A stretch of DNA of 64,000 bases from Octopus sinensis. Lineage: Eukaryota. The notes under the pieces were generated by a model, which was not told where the DNA came from, did no database searches, and was given only the letters and a program-made list of their open reading frames with translations. Of the stretch, positions 25,449-39,415 are shown piece after piece. Location of the stretch: the NCBI RefSeq assembly GCF_006345805.1, contig NC_043011.1:61268464-61332463 (forward strand), in the 5' to 3' direction. A program made the position numbers and the translations under genes. Every line of letters starts with the position of its first letter. The first letter of the stretch is position 1.

Positions 25449-26176
25449 TACATATATATTCACGTATGTGTATTAGTTGTGTGAGCGTATGTACGTATGT
25501 CATTTTGCATGTATGTATTCTCCACTCTTCTTTAGAGTCAAGTTAGCTGATGTCGCATTCATTTTCTTAACATGATTTCGTCTTCAACCAATCTAACAAG
25601 ACATTAGTCAACACGTCTCTTACAATGTGCAAATAATCGTCAAGTTTAATATAAAAATATTTGTACGTTACGGCGATAGATCTTTGGTAAAGAACCTTTA
25701 AGTGTTTGCCCAGGCAAATATTTGTCTGCATTCCCGTAAAAGAACAACGATTTTAAAGGGATTTGGTTGTCTTCATAATATGTTTGGTTTACAACTAAGA
25801 ATGTAATTTTCTACAACAACCATTTCCAACAACAGCGGTGGTGTTTATCGCCGTACGGTGTACATAATATTATTTTATATCTTTCTCTGATTACTGATCA
25901 GTGACGACACTTCGCTATCTTAAGGAGTTACTGTAAACACGATCTTCATTACATATTGTGTAAAGTGCTGTAGCCTAGGAGTTAATGTGTTCGGTTCCAG
26001 ATCATGAAGTCTTTCTATTTCTGGATCTGGCGTCACATTGCGTCCTTGAGAATGACAAATCTTTCATGTTCCTTCCGTTTGCTCAGCTGAGAATAGATAC
26101 CACTCAAGTACTAATACAGTTCTCTTTCTCACTCTCACCATCTCTCATCTCCCGTCTCTCATCTCGCTTTCTCAAG

Positions 26177-26214
26177 ATGTTACATCCTGAATGTTCTGCT
26201 GGAACAAGGCATGG
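26177..26214 (+). other. Candidate small exon (or 3' end of an exon) with a consensus donor
   Basis: Long CT-rich tract, ctcaAG|ATGTTACATCC...GGCATGG|GTAAGT; ORF 25985-26218 ends exactly in this donor. Confidence 0.28.
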
Positions 26215-28557
26215 GTAAGTCGAGAGGATGCATGTGTCTGCCCGCGATTACATAAGCACCAAAAACAAATATTCGTAAACCTGATACATATTACGAACGC
26301 ATATGACTCTATTAAATTTTAAAGAACGTATAAAACACATTACCTGGACCCGTGTTCGATTTCACTGCTCAGCCTTTATATGTCTCAAATAGTTGCTTAC
26401 GCACAATCTCTCTCACCCTATTTGTATTGTATTTCCAACGCCTTTAATGTGTTACTTCTAACAGATCATCTCAGAAGGCTTCACCCAAGTCTCATTTATG
26501 TATGTTTCGGCTCAGATTCGCAAGCTCTTAGTATCCCTTTGCCTTGCTCTTACCCCCGTTTTCCCTATCCTCTTTGATCTAAACTTGTTCAAGGTGAACA
26601 TTCATCTACCTCACTATGGTCACACCGGAAGTGGATGATCTTTAGAGAAACTGGCAATCGCCATCCCACAATTTACAGTATGGAGATATGAAACGCTCAC
26701 GATGGCATGCCATTAACTACACTTTATCTGTGTTGTTCAGCCATTTACACAAAGGATTCTATAAAGATATGGAGCACTCGACTTTCTCAATATAAGCTAC
26801 ACTATCCGTGTGCCGAATGACATAAAGAAAACACCCGTAGATTGGCAGAACCGACAGAATGACAGAATGACTGATAGAATGACAGAATGACTGATAGGAT
26901 GACAGAACAAAAAGCCTTGTGGTGATTACTGGCGTAGCTTAATGCTTTCGATTTCAAATTCCGCTTCGGCCGAATTTGCTTTTCTATCCCCAATCCCGAT
27001 GTACGGTGATAATGCTCTAATACGCTATAACTATCAGCCAAATGTGGGGCTTTATAGTAGAATTGGAGATCTTAAAGACTATCCTGTGCTACCCTGAACT
27101 GGATCTTTCCTTTTTCGCTTTATATTGCATTTAGCTACCTTCGTTGTTTTATAAATTTCACATAACCATTTCGCTGAATCAGCCACCGATTCATACGGTA
27201 AATACTATCTTCTGACAGTCGGGATTTAGACAAACCATTCAGCTATGGAATAGTCACCGCTGATAAGCATTAATTCTAAGCGAAACTAGACTAGTAGGCG
27301 ATCTCGCTCTCTGTGGGGCGGTTATCTCCCCGGTCAATGCATAAACATGTGTTTCCTGCGGCTATAAGAGCTTTTAGCTTTCATTTTTAACAACGTAGGT
27401 GCAATCCTGCACCGTCAGTCACAATTAGTGACAACTGAAATTTTCATTTTCGGTTTTACATTGCGTATATCCACCCTCGTTATATATATATATATAATAT
27501 ATATATATATATATGTCTCTCTCTCTCTCCCTCTCTCTCTCTCCCTCTCTCTCTTTCTATTTATATATATATATTTGTGTGTGTGTGTGTTTGTGTATAT
27601 ATATGCGCGATATTTAAATGTGTGTGCATCTTCGTATCATTGTTTATCTCTTACATTTCTTGTCAACCAGTGTTGATTTGGTTTCCACCCGTAACTTAGT
27701 AATGTGACGAAAGAAACCAGTAGATTTAGTACTAGGGTCGCTGAAGTCGGCTAAACCGTTCTTTGCAGTACCCCAGAATGATCGCAGTCTAATGACTAAA
27801 ACAATTACAAAAGAATACAACCTCAGGTAAAAATGATGTTTTGTTAATTAATGTCGGTGTTCATGTTTTAGATAAAGTTAGATTGGCGCTTTATATCCTG
27901 TAATTCTTACGTGAATAGCATAAACGTCCGCCTACCACACACTCATGTTGATCTTCGGCTTTCTTTCACCTGATCAACAACCCACGTACGGCTTTGTCGA
28001 AATAACTCTCTATGGCTTCGATTGTTATCTCTGTGAATATCGATTTTCTTTACAAAAATCATAAATTTATTGTATACAACTTGGATGTTATTGTAATTAA
28101 AAGAATATAATGAATGTTATTAAAATCTTGCAAATTAATTCCTCGATCTTCTGTTGAATGGGAAAAAATACACACAAAACAAGGAACGACAAAACGTCAA
28201 TATCATGGCGAAAAATCTATGAAGGCTTCACAGGAAAATAATAAATATACCAGTAAATAAGGAGTAACATGTTTAGTGTAAGTTTAATTGTTTTTGCGGT
28301 TTTGTATAGAATACAACAAAAGTATTTTAAATGTGAAGTTCATAAAGAAAAAGAAAAAACCAAAACAAAGTAAACAAACAAATGAAAAAATGAAATGTTT
28401 AGAGAACAACAAAATGGAACAATCCCCCATAGAATTTCTACTCTTTATATTCCAAGCGTTTGATTAATTTGAATATTTTTTTTCTTTTTGGGAATAATTA
28501 ACACAATTCTGTTTATGATATCTTTAGTTGTTTGTTGCAATTGAGTTACTTACCGTC

Positions 28558-28705
28558 ATAATGATATTTTGATAAAATTATTTTGCTTCGATAATGATAT
28601 TTTGATAAAATTATTTTGCTTCGATAATGATATTTTGATAAAATTATTTTGTTTCGATAATGATATTTTGATAAAATTATTTTGCTTCGATAATGATATT
28701 TTGAT
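28558..28705. repeat. 33-bp minisatellite, about 4.5 copies
   Basis: Unit ataatgatattttgataaaattattttgcttcg at 28558, 28591, 28624, 28657 and partially 28690. Confidence 0.95.
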
Positions 28706-29931
28706 GCAGTTTTATCTGATGAACGAAAAACGTTTTGTTTAGATTCTGCTTGTATGGCAACCAAACATTATGCTTTAACTCGCTTCTTATAATTCTAACC
28801 ACAATTGGTTTGTGGTACATGGAGTGAGTCTCAAGAATTTTTACTGTCGATATAAACCAGAATATCAAAATAGATCGGCTTCATCCATTCAAAAATTTAT
28901 TACCGTTAATTGCTGAAAGGGTTTTACTCTGCGGCTTTCAAGAAAAAAACAACCCAAAATATTGACTGCCAGAAGCGGGGACATCTTCGAGTAACCATTT
29001 TTATAACATGTGCTTTGAAAGATCTTAATTTCATAAAATATCTCTTTATAAATCAAGAATTAAATAATTTCGGAGGTGACATCCGTAATATTTGCAAAAT
29101 TAGCTCTATCTTTTGGTGGATAGTTAATAGAATTATGCGAAGGACCATGGAATTTCATTATGCAGTCACGGTTTAACGCATCATGACATTACACAAATAC
29201 TTAGTCAACGCTTACTACCAAACTTCGAAAAAGATGTTTCAGCTACATAAACCGATGAATAAAACCGAAAATATATTTTTGCAGCATAGAGGCAGATATT
29301 GCAGTCGAAGACAGAGAAATATATATATATATATGGTATGAAACATGGAAGAGACTTTACGGATGAATAAATTCAAAGGGGAATATTTTAATCGTTTGAT
29401 CGAAAACATATTAATAATATTACAGGATATTATTTATAATAACTTGTCCATTGTAAATGTATTTATATATTGTAAAATAACAATCTGGATACAGTCCTCC
29501 CAAATTCAGTGGTAGAAGACAGTGTGTATTATTGTGCATCTGTGTGCGAGTGTGTGTGTGTGTATTTGTGATCTTCGTGAGGCAGGTGAAGCTCGTGTTC
29601 TCCAAGCTTCTAAGTTGTTCTTCATTGTAATTTTACATATGTTGGATTAAATCTGCTTAAGGAATCCTTAGTCCTTTTTGGTGGGGTTTTTGTATGTATT
29701 ATACAATACATTGATATTGCGTCATTGTACTTTATTATGGTTCCACATATAGTAATGTTTATACATGTCCGAGGGTTTGTGACGCACACACACACACACA
29801 CACATACACACACACACACATATATATACACATACATACATATCTATCATCTACCTACCTATCCATCGGTTGTCACATTTTACTGCTTTTCCTGCATCAC
29901 AGTCCCTTTTGTGTATCAGGTATTTGGTTGT

Positions 29932-29963
<32 letters not shown>

Positions 29964-30508
29964 AGCTTATAATACCGTTATAGGTAGGATCAGCAAAAGA
30001 GTACTCCATCCTCTGAGAGATAAATATTTAATTCTGACAGAATTTAAATATCAGCTACTAATAGTTTTATGTCGTAGAGACAATACTTCGGCAGATTTAT
30101 GTTATGTGCCCTGCTCTCCAAGCAATCCTTCCCGCTCAATACAGACGGCTGGTTATATTTGAGAATCAGGACGGTACTGTGTGAGGAAACACGAGAGAAA
30201 ACTGGAAGTGGAACGATGCAAAAGTAGGAGAAAATCAAAGAAAAAACACCGCAAATTGCACTCCTGATTTTTTTTTTTATTTTGATAATGATAATGATGA
30301 CAATTATGACGACCACGATGATGATGATGATTCAGAGATGTCCAATAAAGAACACACGTAATAATGCTCAAATGATTTGAACTTAGACTCCGAAGTCATT
30401 ATCGAGGACCATGTTCGCGGAGTAAAGAGTGGCTATGGAAGGAAATCGGGTGAACTGCTATGGAGATAGTGATGCAGAAACAATGTTTGGGCTGCAAATT
30501 ATACATAC

Positions 30509-30591
<83 letters not shown>

Positions 30592-31139
30592 ACATATATA
30601 TATATATACATATATAAAGAGAGAAACAAAAACTGAAAGTATTCCTAAGGTACTTGTGCATAAGCATATAGATATTTATACATTTATTTACACGGGTACA
30701 AAAAATTCAGAAAATATATTCCCAACCTTACCCCCTGTAAAATGAAGCCGGTATTATCGTAATGTTTATATACACCCATCTCCTATTGTGTAACCTTGAC
30801 AGTCCAACTGCTAATTAGGATCATTACAACTATTACGTAATTCCGAGCTCCCAGATACAGCTGTTGGGCATAAAATACCATGAATTCTCCCGTTCGTTCT
30901 CTCTATTTTTTGTACGTCATTTATATTGATTTTTTAAATGTAAATATTTATATGCTTATAAATGAGTATTCATCTCCTGAATAATTCCAGTCTTTGATTC
31001 TCTCTCCTTCTCTCTCTCTATCTCTCTATATATATACACACACGCACACACACACATATATCTACATGTGTGTATGTATATTTTTTATATGGAGCCCAAT
31101 CGATTGAATGTATGTGTGTCTCTGTGTGTCTATGTCTGT

Positions 31140-31157
31140 GTTTAACTATATCTATAT

Positions 31158-31191
<34 letters not shown>

Positions 31192-31212
31192 AATCAATCA
31201 ATCAATCAATCA

Positions 31213-31255
<43 letters not shown>

Positions 31256-31264
31256 AATCAATCA

Positions 31265-31317
<53 letters not shown>

Positions 31318-31978
31318 CCTATCTATCTATCTATCATCTATCTATCTGTCTGTCTATCTATGTAGCTAGCTAGCTATCTAGCTATCTATGTGTCTGTCTA
31401 ACTGTCTGTTTCTCTCTAAATATATGGGTATGTGTGTATGCTTACGTGTGCGTGTGTCAATACATTCATAAATGTATGTATATCTAAAACAGGACAGAAA
31501 AATATGTATTTATATTAGTCTTAAGTAAACAAGGAGCTGTCTCAGTATGAAATATAAATCGCTGAGAAATAAAAAGGAAAAAAAATTGTGCGAAGCTAAA
31601 ATTAAGATAACATCGACGTCAAGTTTACTGCGAAAGAGAAAATAACTGATAGTTAGGCTAGATCACACAGGATGGAAATTGGGGACCTATTACTGGACTG
31701 AGTTGTCTGAACCCCTGAACATTTATTTATAGCTAAGTTCTTGTGTTGCCATTACTTTTTATATTTTCACTCCGATCGATATAAAATTGTATCCAAGGTA
31801 ACTAACTGCAAATCTGAACCTATCTGATCTCGTTGTGGGCTTCAAACCTCGCCACACATTTGAAATATTGATCTGGCTGAACTTAATATTTACTTTGATA
31901 CCTAGGCAGAGCATATACACTTACATCATCATAAATTCTAACGCCCACTCATAATCTGAATTTGTGTGTGCATGTATG

Positions 31979-32024
<46 letters not shown>

Positions 32025-32070
32025 CATATATGTATGTATATCTGTATATATATATGTATATATATATATG

Positions 32071-32102
<32 letters not shown>

Positions 32103-32147
32103 CATGCACACACACATATATATATACATATATACATACATATATGT

Positions 32148-32196
<49 letters not shown>

Positions 32197-33063
32197 ATAT
32201 ACTCATATGTATATATGGTATGTAAACATGTATATATCTTCCTATACGCATACGTTTATACACAAATACGCATATATTCGCAGCTGGTGCTATCCACTTG
32301 CGTTGAGAAACAAAGAAGATACGTGTATGCGCGCGTGTCTACCTATGCAGCTGGTGCATAGTTTTCCGTGGGTGGTTATTAAACCACAGGTGTGCATGTC
32401 CATATAAATAATCATGAACGTATACGTATATGTGTGTGGGCGTGCGCGGCGCGCGCGTGTCTGTGCGTGTGTACGCGGATATTTTCGTTCAGTTGCTTCA
32501 GTCATTGCATTGTGGATATCCCGGAGGACTGCTTTCGTGGGTTTAGTTGAACAAGGAGGAAATCGAACCCGCGACATATATTCAAGAAGTCTGTCAGTTT
32601 CTGTGGTTGAACTGCTACATTACAGGGCATAAACGAAATAACATTTGTTATTAAGCAGTGTAGGGGACAAACACGTTGAGACACACAGATAAATACATAG
32701 AAATACATACACAGACCCACATACGCGCGCGCAAACACACACACGCACACGCATGTAGACATACACACACAAAATTTACATACACACTTAGGTATACATA
32801 TGCTTGTTAGCATACATACATTTTTAACTGTGTATCTATCTGTCTGCCTATGTATGTTTTGTATGTATGTATGTATGTATGTATGTATGTATGTATGTAT
32901 GTATGTATGTATGTATGCATGTATGTATGTATGTATGTATGTATGTATGTATGTATGTATGTATGCATGTATGTATGTGTATGTATGTATGTATGTATGT
33001 ATGTATGTATGCATGTATGTATGTATATATATATATATCTATCTATCTATCTATCTATCTATA

Positions 33064-33105
<42 letters not shown>
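31140..33105. repeat. Microsatellite cluster: (CTAT/CAAT)n 31140-31380, (AT)n mosaic 31975-32200, (GTAT)n-(CTAT)n-(AT)n 32860-33105
   Basis: Read directly; explains all LSIY/YIYI/MYVC ORFs here. Confidence 0.9.
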
Positions 33106-33107
<2 letters not shown>

Positions 33108-33211
33108 GTTAATCCAAACAAGAAAGCACAAAAAAAACACAACGCAACAACGCGAGGACGTGGAACAAATAAAGTATTATTGGACGCTCAGGAAAGAAGG
33201 GAAGAAGGAGG

Positions 33212-33246
33212 GTTTAACGTTTCGAGCGGAGCTCTTCGTCGGAAAC
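33212..33246 (-). ncRNA. Minimal hammerhead-like motif (variant core) in a short Penelope-like repeat (about 33110-33320)
   Basis: Minus strand: gttt-CCGACGA-a-gagc tcc gctc-GAAA-cg-TT-aaac; palindromic AACGTT at stem III. Confidence 0.45.
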
Positions 33247-33315
33247 GTAGGAGAAGGAAAGATCCAGAGAAGGGAAGACAGAGGGAAAAAACGCCAACGG
33301 TACACACGAGGTCAC

Positions 33316-33370
<55 letters not shown>

Positions 33371-33434
33371 ATATATATATATATATATATATAATATATA
33401 TAATTTATATATATATATCCCTGTCTATCTATCA

Positions 33435-33966
33435 ACGAAAGTGAGTCAAAAAGTAATGCCATTTCGTTTAGGACAGGTATAATTACCAACACAGGAACAT
33501 GTATTATACATCAAAATGAAGCTGGTCCTCTGTGGATCACATCCCTATTTCTCAACATAGTCACCGTTTCTCTCAATACGAAAATTTGAATGAGTGCATG
33601 TATCCCTGCCCCATTAAAAATTCTGTTGCCTTTTATTTGAGCCAATTCTTCAATACAGTTTTCACTTCCTCGTCACTGGAATAATTTACCTTCGGCCCCA
33701 TGAAAGAGGGATTGTGAGGCACACATTATTCCAGTGACGAGGAAGAGAAAACTGTAGTAAAGACGTGGTTCAACGAACTGTCAACAGAATTTTACAGGAC
33801 AGAGATACATGCTCTCGTTCAAAGGTGGAACATTGCTATTGAGAGAAATGTTGAGATGTAGGGATGTAATACACAGAGGACCAGCTTCAATTTCATGTAT
33901 GATCCATGTTCCTCTGTTATTAATTATACCTGTCCTAAACAAAATGGCATTACTTTTCGACTCACC

Positions 33967-33969
<3 letters not shown>
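33435..33969. mobile_element. Mariner-derived palindromic MITE (both arms from the transposon 3' end)
   Basis: Arms 33435-33685 and 33726-33969 are reverse complements (gtgagtcaaaaagtaatgcc / ggcattacttttcgactcac). 33691-33861 translates FGPMKEGL*GTHYSSDEEEKTVVKTWFNELSTEFYRTEIHALVQRWNIAIERN, a mariner transposase C-terminus. Confidence 0.88.
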
Positions 33970-34030
<61 letters not shown>

Positions 34031-34043
34031 ATATATATATATA

Positions 34044-34083
<40 letters not shown>

Positions 34084-34084
34084 A

Positions 34085-34209
<125 letters not shown>

Positions 34210-34590
34210 TGCTTGTGTGTGTCTTTGTGTGAGTGTATTTATATAAACGTGTGTGCGTGCATGTACTATGTATATGCATGTACTACGTACTATTTCCTGA
34301 TTACCGAGCCGTGATGGAACCCGGCTTATCGATATCAGAATAATATATAATAAAAAAAACTTGTGGCGTTTTATGATGCGTCTAAATCAGAGTGTATGTT
34401 TGTGCGTGTGTGTATGTATCTATGCATATACATGAATATATATATATATATATATATTTGCTCACACAAGACGCGCATTTGTCCTATTCGTAGCATTATC
34501 GAACCGAGGGTCTAACTTCGACCTTCCGTATCACTTTCATACCCTTTCCTGTCATCTTGGGTCTTCTGGATACCAATAACTTTCATAAAG

Positions 34591-34637
<47 letters not shown>

Positions 34638-34747
34638 GACCAGGCTATCAAATGTTGCTACACATCGCCGCTCACAATGCGCTTTGCATTTTTTAAGCCT
34701 TCAAGTGACGCCACCCCGCTGCCTAAGCGAGCAGGCCATCAGAAGGA

Positions 34748-34916
34748 AGAGTGAAGAAAGTTGTGGCGAAAGAATACAGCAGGGATCGGCACCACTCCCT
34801 GCCGGAGCCGCGTGGAGCTTTTAGGTGTTTTCGCTCAATAAACAATCACAACGCCCGGTCTGAGAATCGAAACCGCGATCGTACGACCGCGAGTCCACTG
34901 CCCTAACCATTGGGCC

Positions 34917-34918
<2 letters not shown>
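34748..34918 (-). mobile_element. SINE family C, 5' portion
   Basis: Reverse complement of 2226-2395 (atggcccaatggttagggcagtggactcgcggtc...ggtttcgattctc). Confidence 0.8.
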
Positions 34919-34955
<37 letters not shown>

Positions 34956-35510
34956 CACATACGTACATAGATACTCACACGCACATATTTATTTGATATA
35001 TATACAAACACACAACACATATATATATGTATGTATGTATGTGTGTACAAATGTGTATGTACGTATATACGCATGCGCATATAGGTTTGTCTATGTAGAT
35101 ACATGTAAATTATCTACATTATCCTAAGCATATGGATACACAAACCGAAAGACCGACAAACAGATGCAAAGACCGAAAGAAAGACAGCCAGGCGAGCGGA
35201 ACTGCAGTAGCTAATGGAAGACCAGATGGAAAGTAATGTTAACTTTGTAAAGCAATTTTAGAAATGAAATACATCCGAGAAATGCACATATTCATCTTGG
35301 GAGTTAAGTACGAAGTAGCCATATTTAATTCGAACTCCTACGAAAAGAAAATTAGAAAAGAAAAATCAGAAATACATCGTTTTAATTTCTTACGCAAATG
35401 AATTGTCTTACTCCATAACAGGTACAATTCACAAAGGTATGTGTGTGTATATGTGTTTGTTTTTTTTTGTGTGTGTGGGGGGGGATATGCGTATATGTAA
35501 ATATCTATGG

Positions 35511-35542
<32 letters not shown>

Positions 35543-35864
35543 ATATTTGTATATATGTATATATACGTGTGCGTGTGTATGTATTTATGTATCAAAGAAT
35601 ACGTGTGTGTGAGCGTGGGTGTGTATATATATGTGTGTAGCTCTCTGTATATATACATGTATATGTGTGTGCATAAATATAATATCTATAGATAGATAGA
35701 TACATACATACATACACATACATACATACATATATACATACACACATACTGATACTCATGAGGTGCATATATCACAAACTACACGTAGATCTACAAACAC
35801 ATGAATCACACCACACACGACTCATGGACACATGACTCGCGTCACGAGAACGACAATATATATG

Positions 35865-35923
<59 letters not shown>

Positions 35924-37419
35924 TCACACACACATATATATATACATACAAACATAGATTTTTTTCCCTGTGTTGTATTCGCTCATTTTCTTTGCTACGA
36001 TTTATTTACTTGTTCAGTCTAAGACTTATTTATATATCAAAAGGAAACATTTAAAACTGAACTTCTATCGGCTTTTAATTTCCGGTAGAGATATATTCTC
36101 TTTCGCTAGAACGAAAGAAAAAAATAGTTGCAATCATTCTCTTTTATTGATTCCGAATTAAATCGAACCTAAAAAGTTGCTCCACTTAGAAAGAAAATTA
36201 AGCAAGGGGGAAAAAAAAGAACATATATTAAGAAAATATAGAAGTATTCTAGATGATTTTATTTTTATTTGCTTATCGGAGAGAATATATATGGAATTTA
36301 TTCAGTCTAACAGAAGAATTTCTTTGGTTGGATAAACTATCATTTGTACTGTTAATCTAGCGAATATCAGTCGTATAGATTTTAGATACGAAGACTACTA
36401 TTATCAATTATAGTAATGATGATGATGATGATGATGACGACGACGACGTAGTTGTTGCTGTTGTTGCAGCTGCTGCAAAAGTGCTCGAGTATATTTGAGT
36501 GGTTTAGACTTTCACTTCATTAGTGCCCGGTTTCGGGTTTCATCCTCCTAAATGGCTCCTTGGTCAAATGTCTTCTGGCATAGCCTAGAAAAGAGCTAAA
36601 GAGTCATCTGCGAATTTCAATAACTTTAATCCACTTCAATTAGCACTTGACCCATTAATCGGTTTTTGCATAAGACCACGTTGAGTCATGCTATCACCCA
36701 GTCGGGTTCGTCCTTCGTCGCGTCAGTCTCAGAGCCATACCCAGCACCACACACAAACACACGCTCACACACCTCCTTATCAAAGGGTCACGTATGCTGT
36801 CATTGTTTTTTAACTCATAGTAGTCTCTCGTAGTCCGATGAAGACGGTTCTGAAATTTATTGTTGAACAATCTAAACACATTGATTTGTTTATGGTGATC
36901 AAATGTTTCTGCTGTACCTTAGATCACTCCCTCCATTCGATCGATGTTGTCTGTCCAGGTGAATTGTGTACAGCATTTCAGGTATTGAAGTGATGGAAGA
37001 ACAACGTAGGATAAAGCGTTTCGCCCCAGAACACAATGCAGCATCGGGTTCCGGAATTGAAACCACGGTTTCGCGACGTTGAGTGTAAATTTTAGTTAAT
37101 GAGAGCAACGTAGCAAACAAGATAAAATTTGTTTTACACCTACACCGAGCATAGTATTCCTCATACAGTGAGTAAAATAAAGACACTTGCTCTATCTGTT
37201 TGAAATAGCAGACAAATAGGCCTCGAAGCAAATATTACCCACTTAAAAAGCGAAGGACAAATATATGCTCCCAGGAGACATTCACATTCTATTTCGTGTG
37301 CAGGTCTCTGAGAATAATTCAGACTGCAGAATTCACATAATGGTTATATAATAACATCTCATTCACATCTGTCAGTTTGATGGACGAGAAAATCAGAGTA
37401 CAATACATGAATGTAATAA

Positions 37420-37479
<60 letters not shown>

Positions 37480-37669
37480 TATGAATATATATAGATAGCT
37501 AGATAGATATGTGTATGTGCATGTGTGTGAGTGGATGTTTGCACGTGTGTGTATTATATATATATATATATATATATACATACACACACAAGTATATATG
37601 TATGCATGTATACATATATCTATGTATATATGAATACATTTCTTTATGACTACACGTCATATCCATGCG

Positions 37670-37715
<46 letters not shown>

Positions 37716-38051
37716 CACACTCACAGGGAAAGAAAGAGAGAAACAGTGAGAGAAACATGCACACTTTCATCCAGTGACATATTCGTATGAAATAAATCCT
37801 TTTCTGCAAGCAAGATTTTCATAAATTTATGGATTAAATATAGAGAACTAAGCCACATATAATATTGATATATAATCGATAGAAATTCATTGACCTGGTG
37901 ACACCATCTTTAAAAATTGAAGACAGAGTAAGCTAGAATTCTTCAAATATTAATTATAGTTTGACGTGTAATTTACTTCTTAAGCTAAATAAATGATTTA
38001 TACTAATCACGGTCTTGCCATAATCTTCTTAAACTGCCATTTAGCAGAATT

Positions 38052-38094
<43 letters not shown>

Positions 38095-38394
38095 ATATAT
38101 ATTCCAGCGAGTATTTAGATGTTCTTAATCAACAATTTTCTCAGTTTAGCAACCATTTTAATATCGGCTCAAATCTATTTACATTTTATTTCCCTTACGT
38201 TGCAAATTTCTTCATCAGCAGGACATCCTACTCTCAGCCACGTGTACAAAAACTAACATTACAAATAAACAAATGTATTCACACACAGACACATGCATAC
38301 ACACACAGACGCACACACACACGCACATATACACACACAATTATGTATGCATGTGTATATATGTATATATATACATACATGTATATATGTATAT

Positions 38395-38456
<62 letters not shown>

Positions 38457-38501
38457 CTGTGTGTATATATGCACGTATATATATATATATATCAATAAAA
38501 A

Positions 38502-38852
38502 CAATAATAACAAAGGGTGAAATTAATTAATTAAGAAGAAAATATTAATTTCACCAAGTAGAATCCGGCATGAAAAAAGACCATTTTATGGTAAGTTTAA
38601 GTAATACTATATAATTAGGGTTCAGCAACGATTAGCTTCACCACACACCGAAGTTTAGAAATAGCAGTCAAAATCTTAGCTATTCCTTCTACTTCAAAGG
38701 GAGTTCCCAGAAAAACCAAAGCACTTGAAAACAAACCACGTAGGCAAAAGGGAAAAAACTTACCATAAAATGGTCTTTTTACATGCCAAATTCTACTTGG
38801 TGAAATTACTAATTACTTCTTAATTAATTAATTTCACCCTTTGTTATTATTG
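38502..38852. repeat. 97-bp inverted repeat enclosing a 157-bp spacer that recurs inverted at 39198-39354
   Basis: caataataacaaagggtgaaattaattaattaagaag...ttttatggtaagttt versus aaacttaccataaaa...cttcttaattaattaatttcaccctttgttattattg. Confidence 0.92.
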
Positions 38853-39075
38853 ATAATGGTATTTTCCTCCCAGAAAAAAACTGTAGCATCTTACTTTGGC
38901 AACACGCTGGTGGGCGATGGAGGATGATTTACTGTCATTTATTTTTTGAATTTGGCGGCACTAACACGGAATACGATCTCTCTGATACCTTTAGGTTAAG
39001 TGATGTTTTGCAGTGCCCTCAAATTTAAGATACAATTATTAATAATTGGGATACAATTATTTATGATTGTGGTAT

Positions 39076-39168
39076 CCTACGCTGAAGAGTCGAAAATAGT
39101 CGGGTAAGGTATGATTATTTATTATTTATGCTTTATACTGGCTTAATTCCGAAACGCGCGTCCGTAGG
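39076..39168 (+). ncRNA. Type I hammerhead ribozyme with canonical core (Penelope-like pLTR type)
   Basis: cctacg-CTGAAGA-G...(60 nt)...C-GAAAC-gcgc-GTC-cgtagg. Stem I cctacg/cgtagg (6 bp), G39089-C39150 closes stem II, stem III AC/GT with palindromic GCGC, predicted GUC cleavage after 39162. Confidence 0.78.
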
Positions 39169-39378
39169 TAACCTATTATAGAATGATTTTCGTCATTTTT
39201 TCCCCTTTTGCCTACGTGGTTTGTCTTCAAGTGCTTTGGTTTTTCTGGGAACTCCCTTTAAAGAAGAAGGAATAGCTAAGATTTTGACTGCTATTTCTAA
39301 ACTTCGGTGTGTGGTGAAGCTAATCGTTGTTGAACCCTAATTATATAGTATTACCTATATACATATATATATATATAT

Positions 39379-39415
<37 letters not shown>

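Noticed and set aside
28558-28705. Possible CRISPR array
   Set aside because: Contiguous repeats with no unique spacers, no cas genes, and a eukaryotic context
34650-34735. Minus-strand cacTTGAAGG...gcaaagcgcattgtg hammerhead-like remnant
   Set aside because: Several core positions are wrong; at most a decayed pLTR
36830-36870. Fourth CCGATGAA...GAAA motif
   Set aside because: No stem I partner and no credible stem III, so it is not counted as a hammerhead
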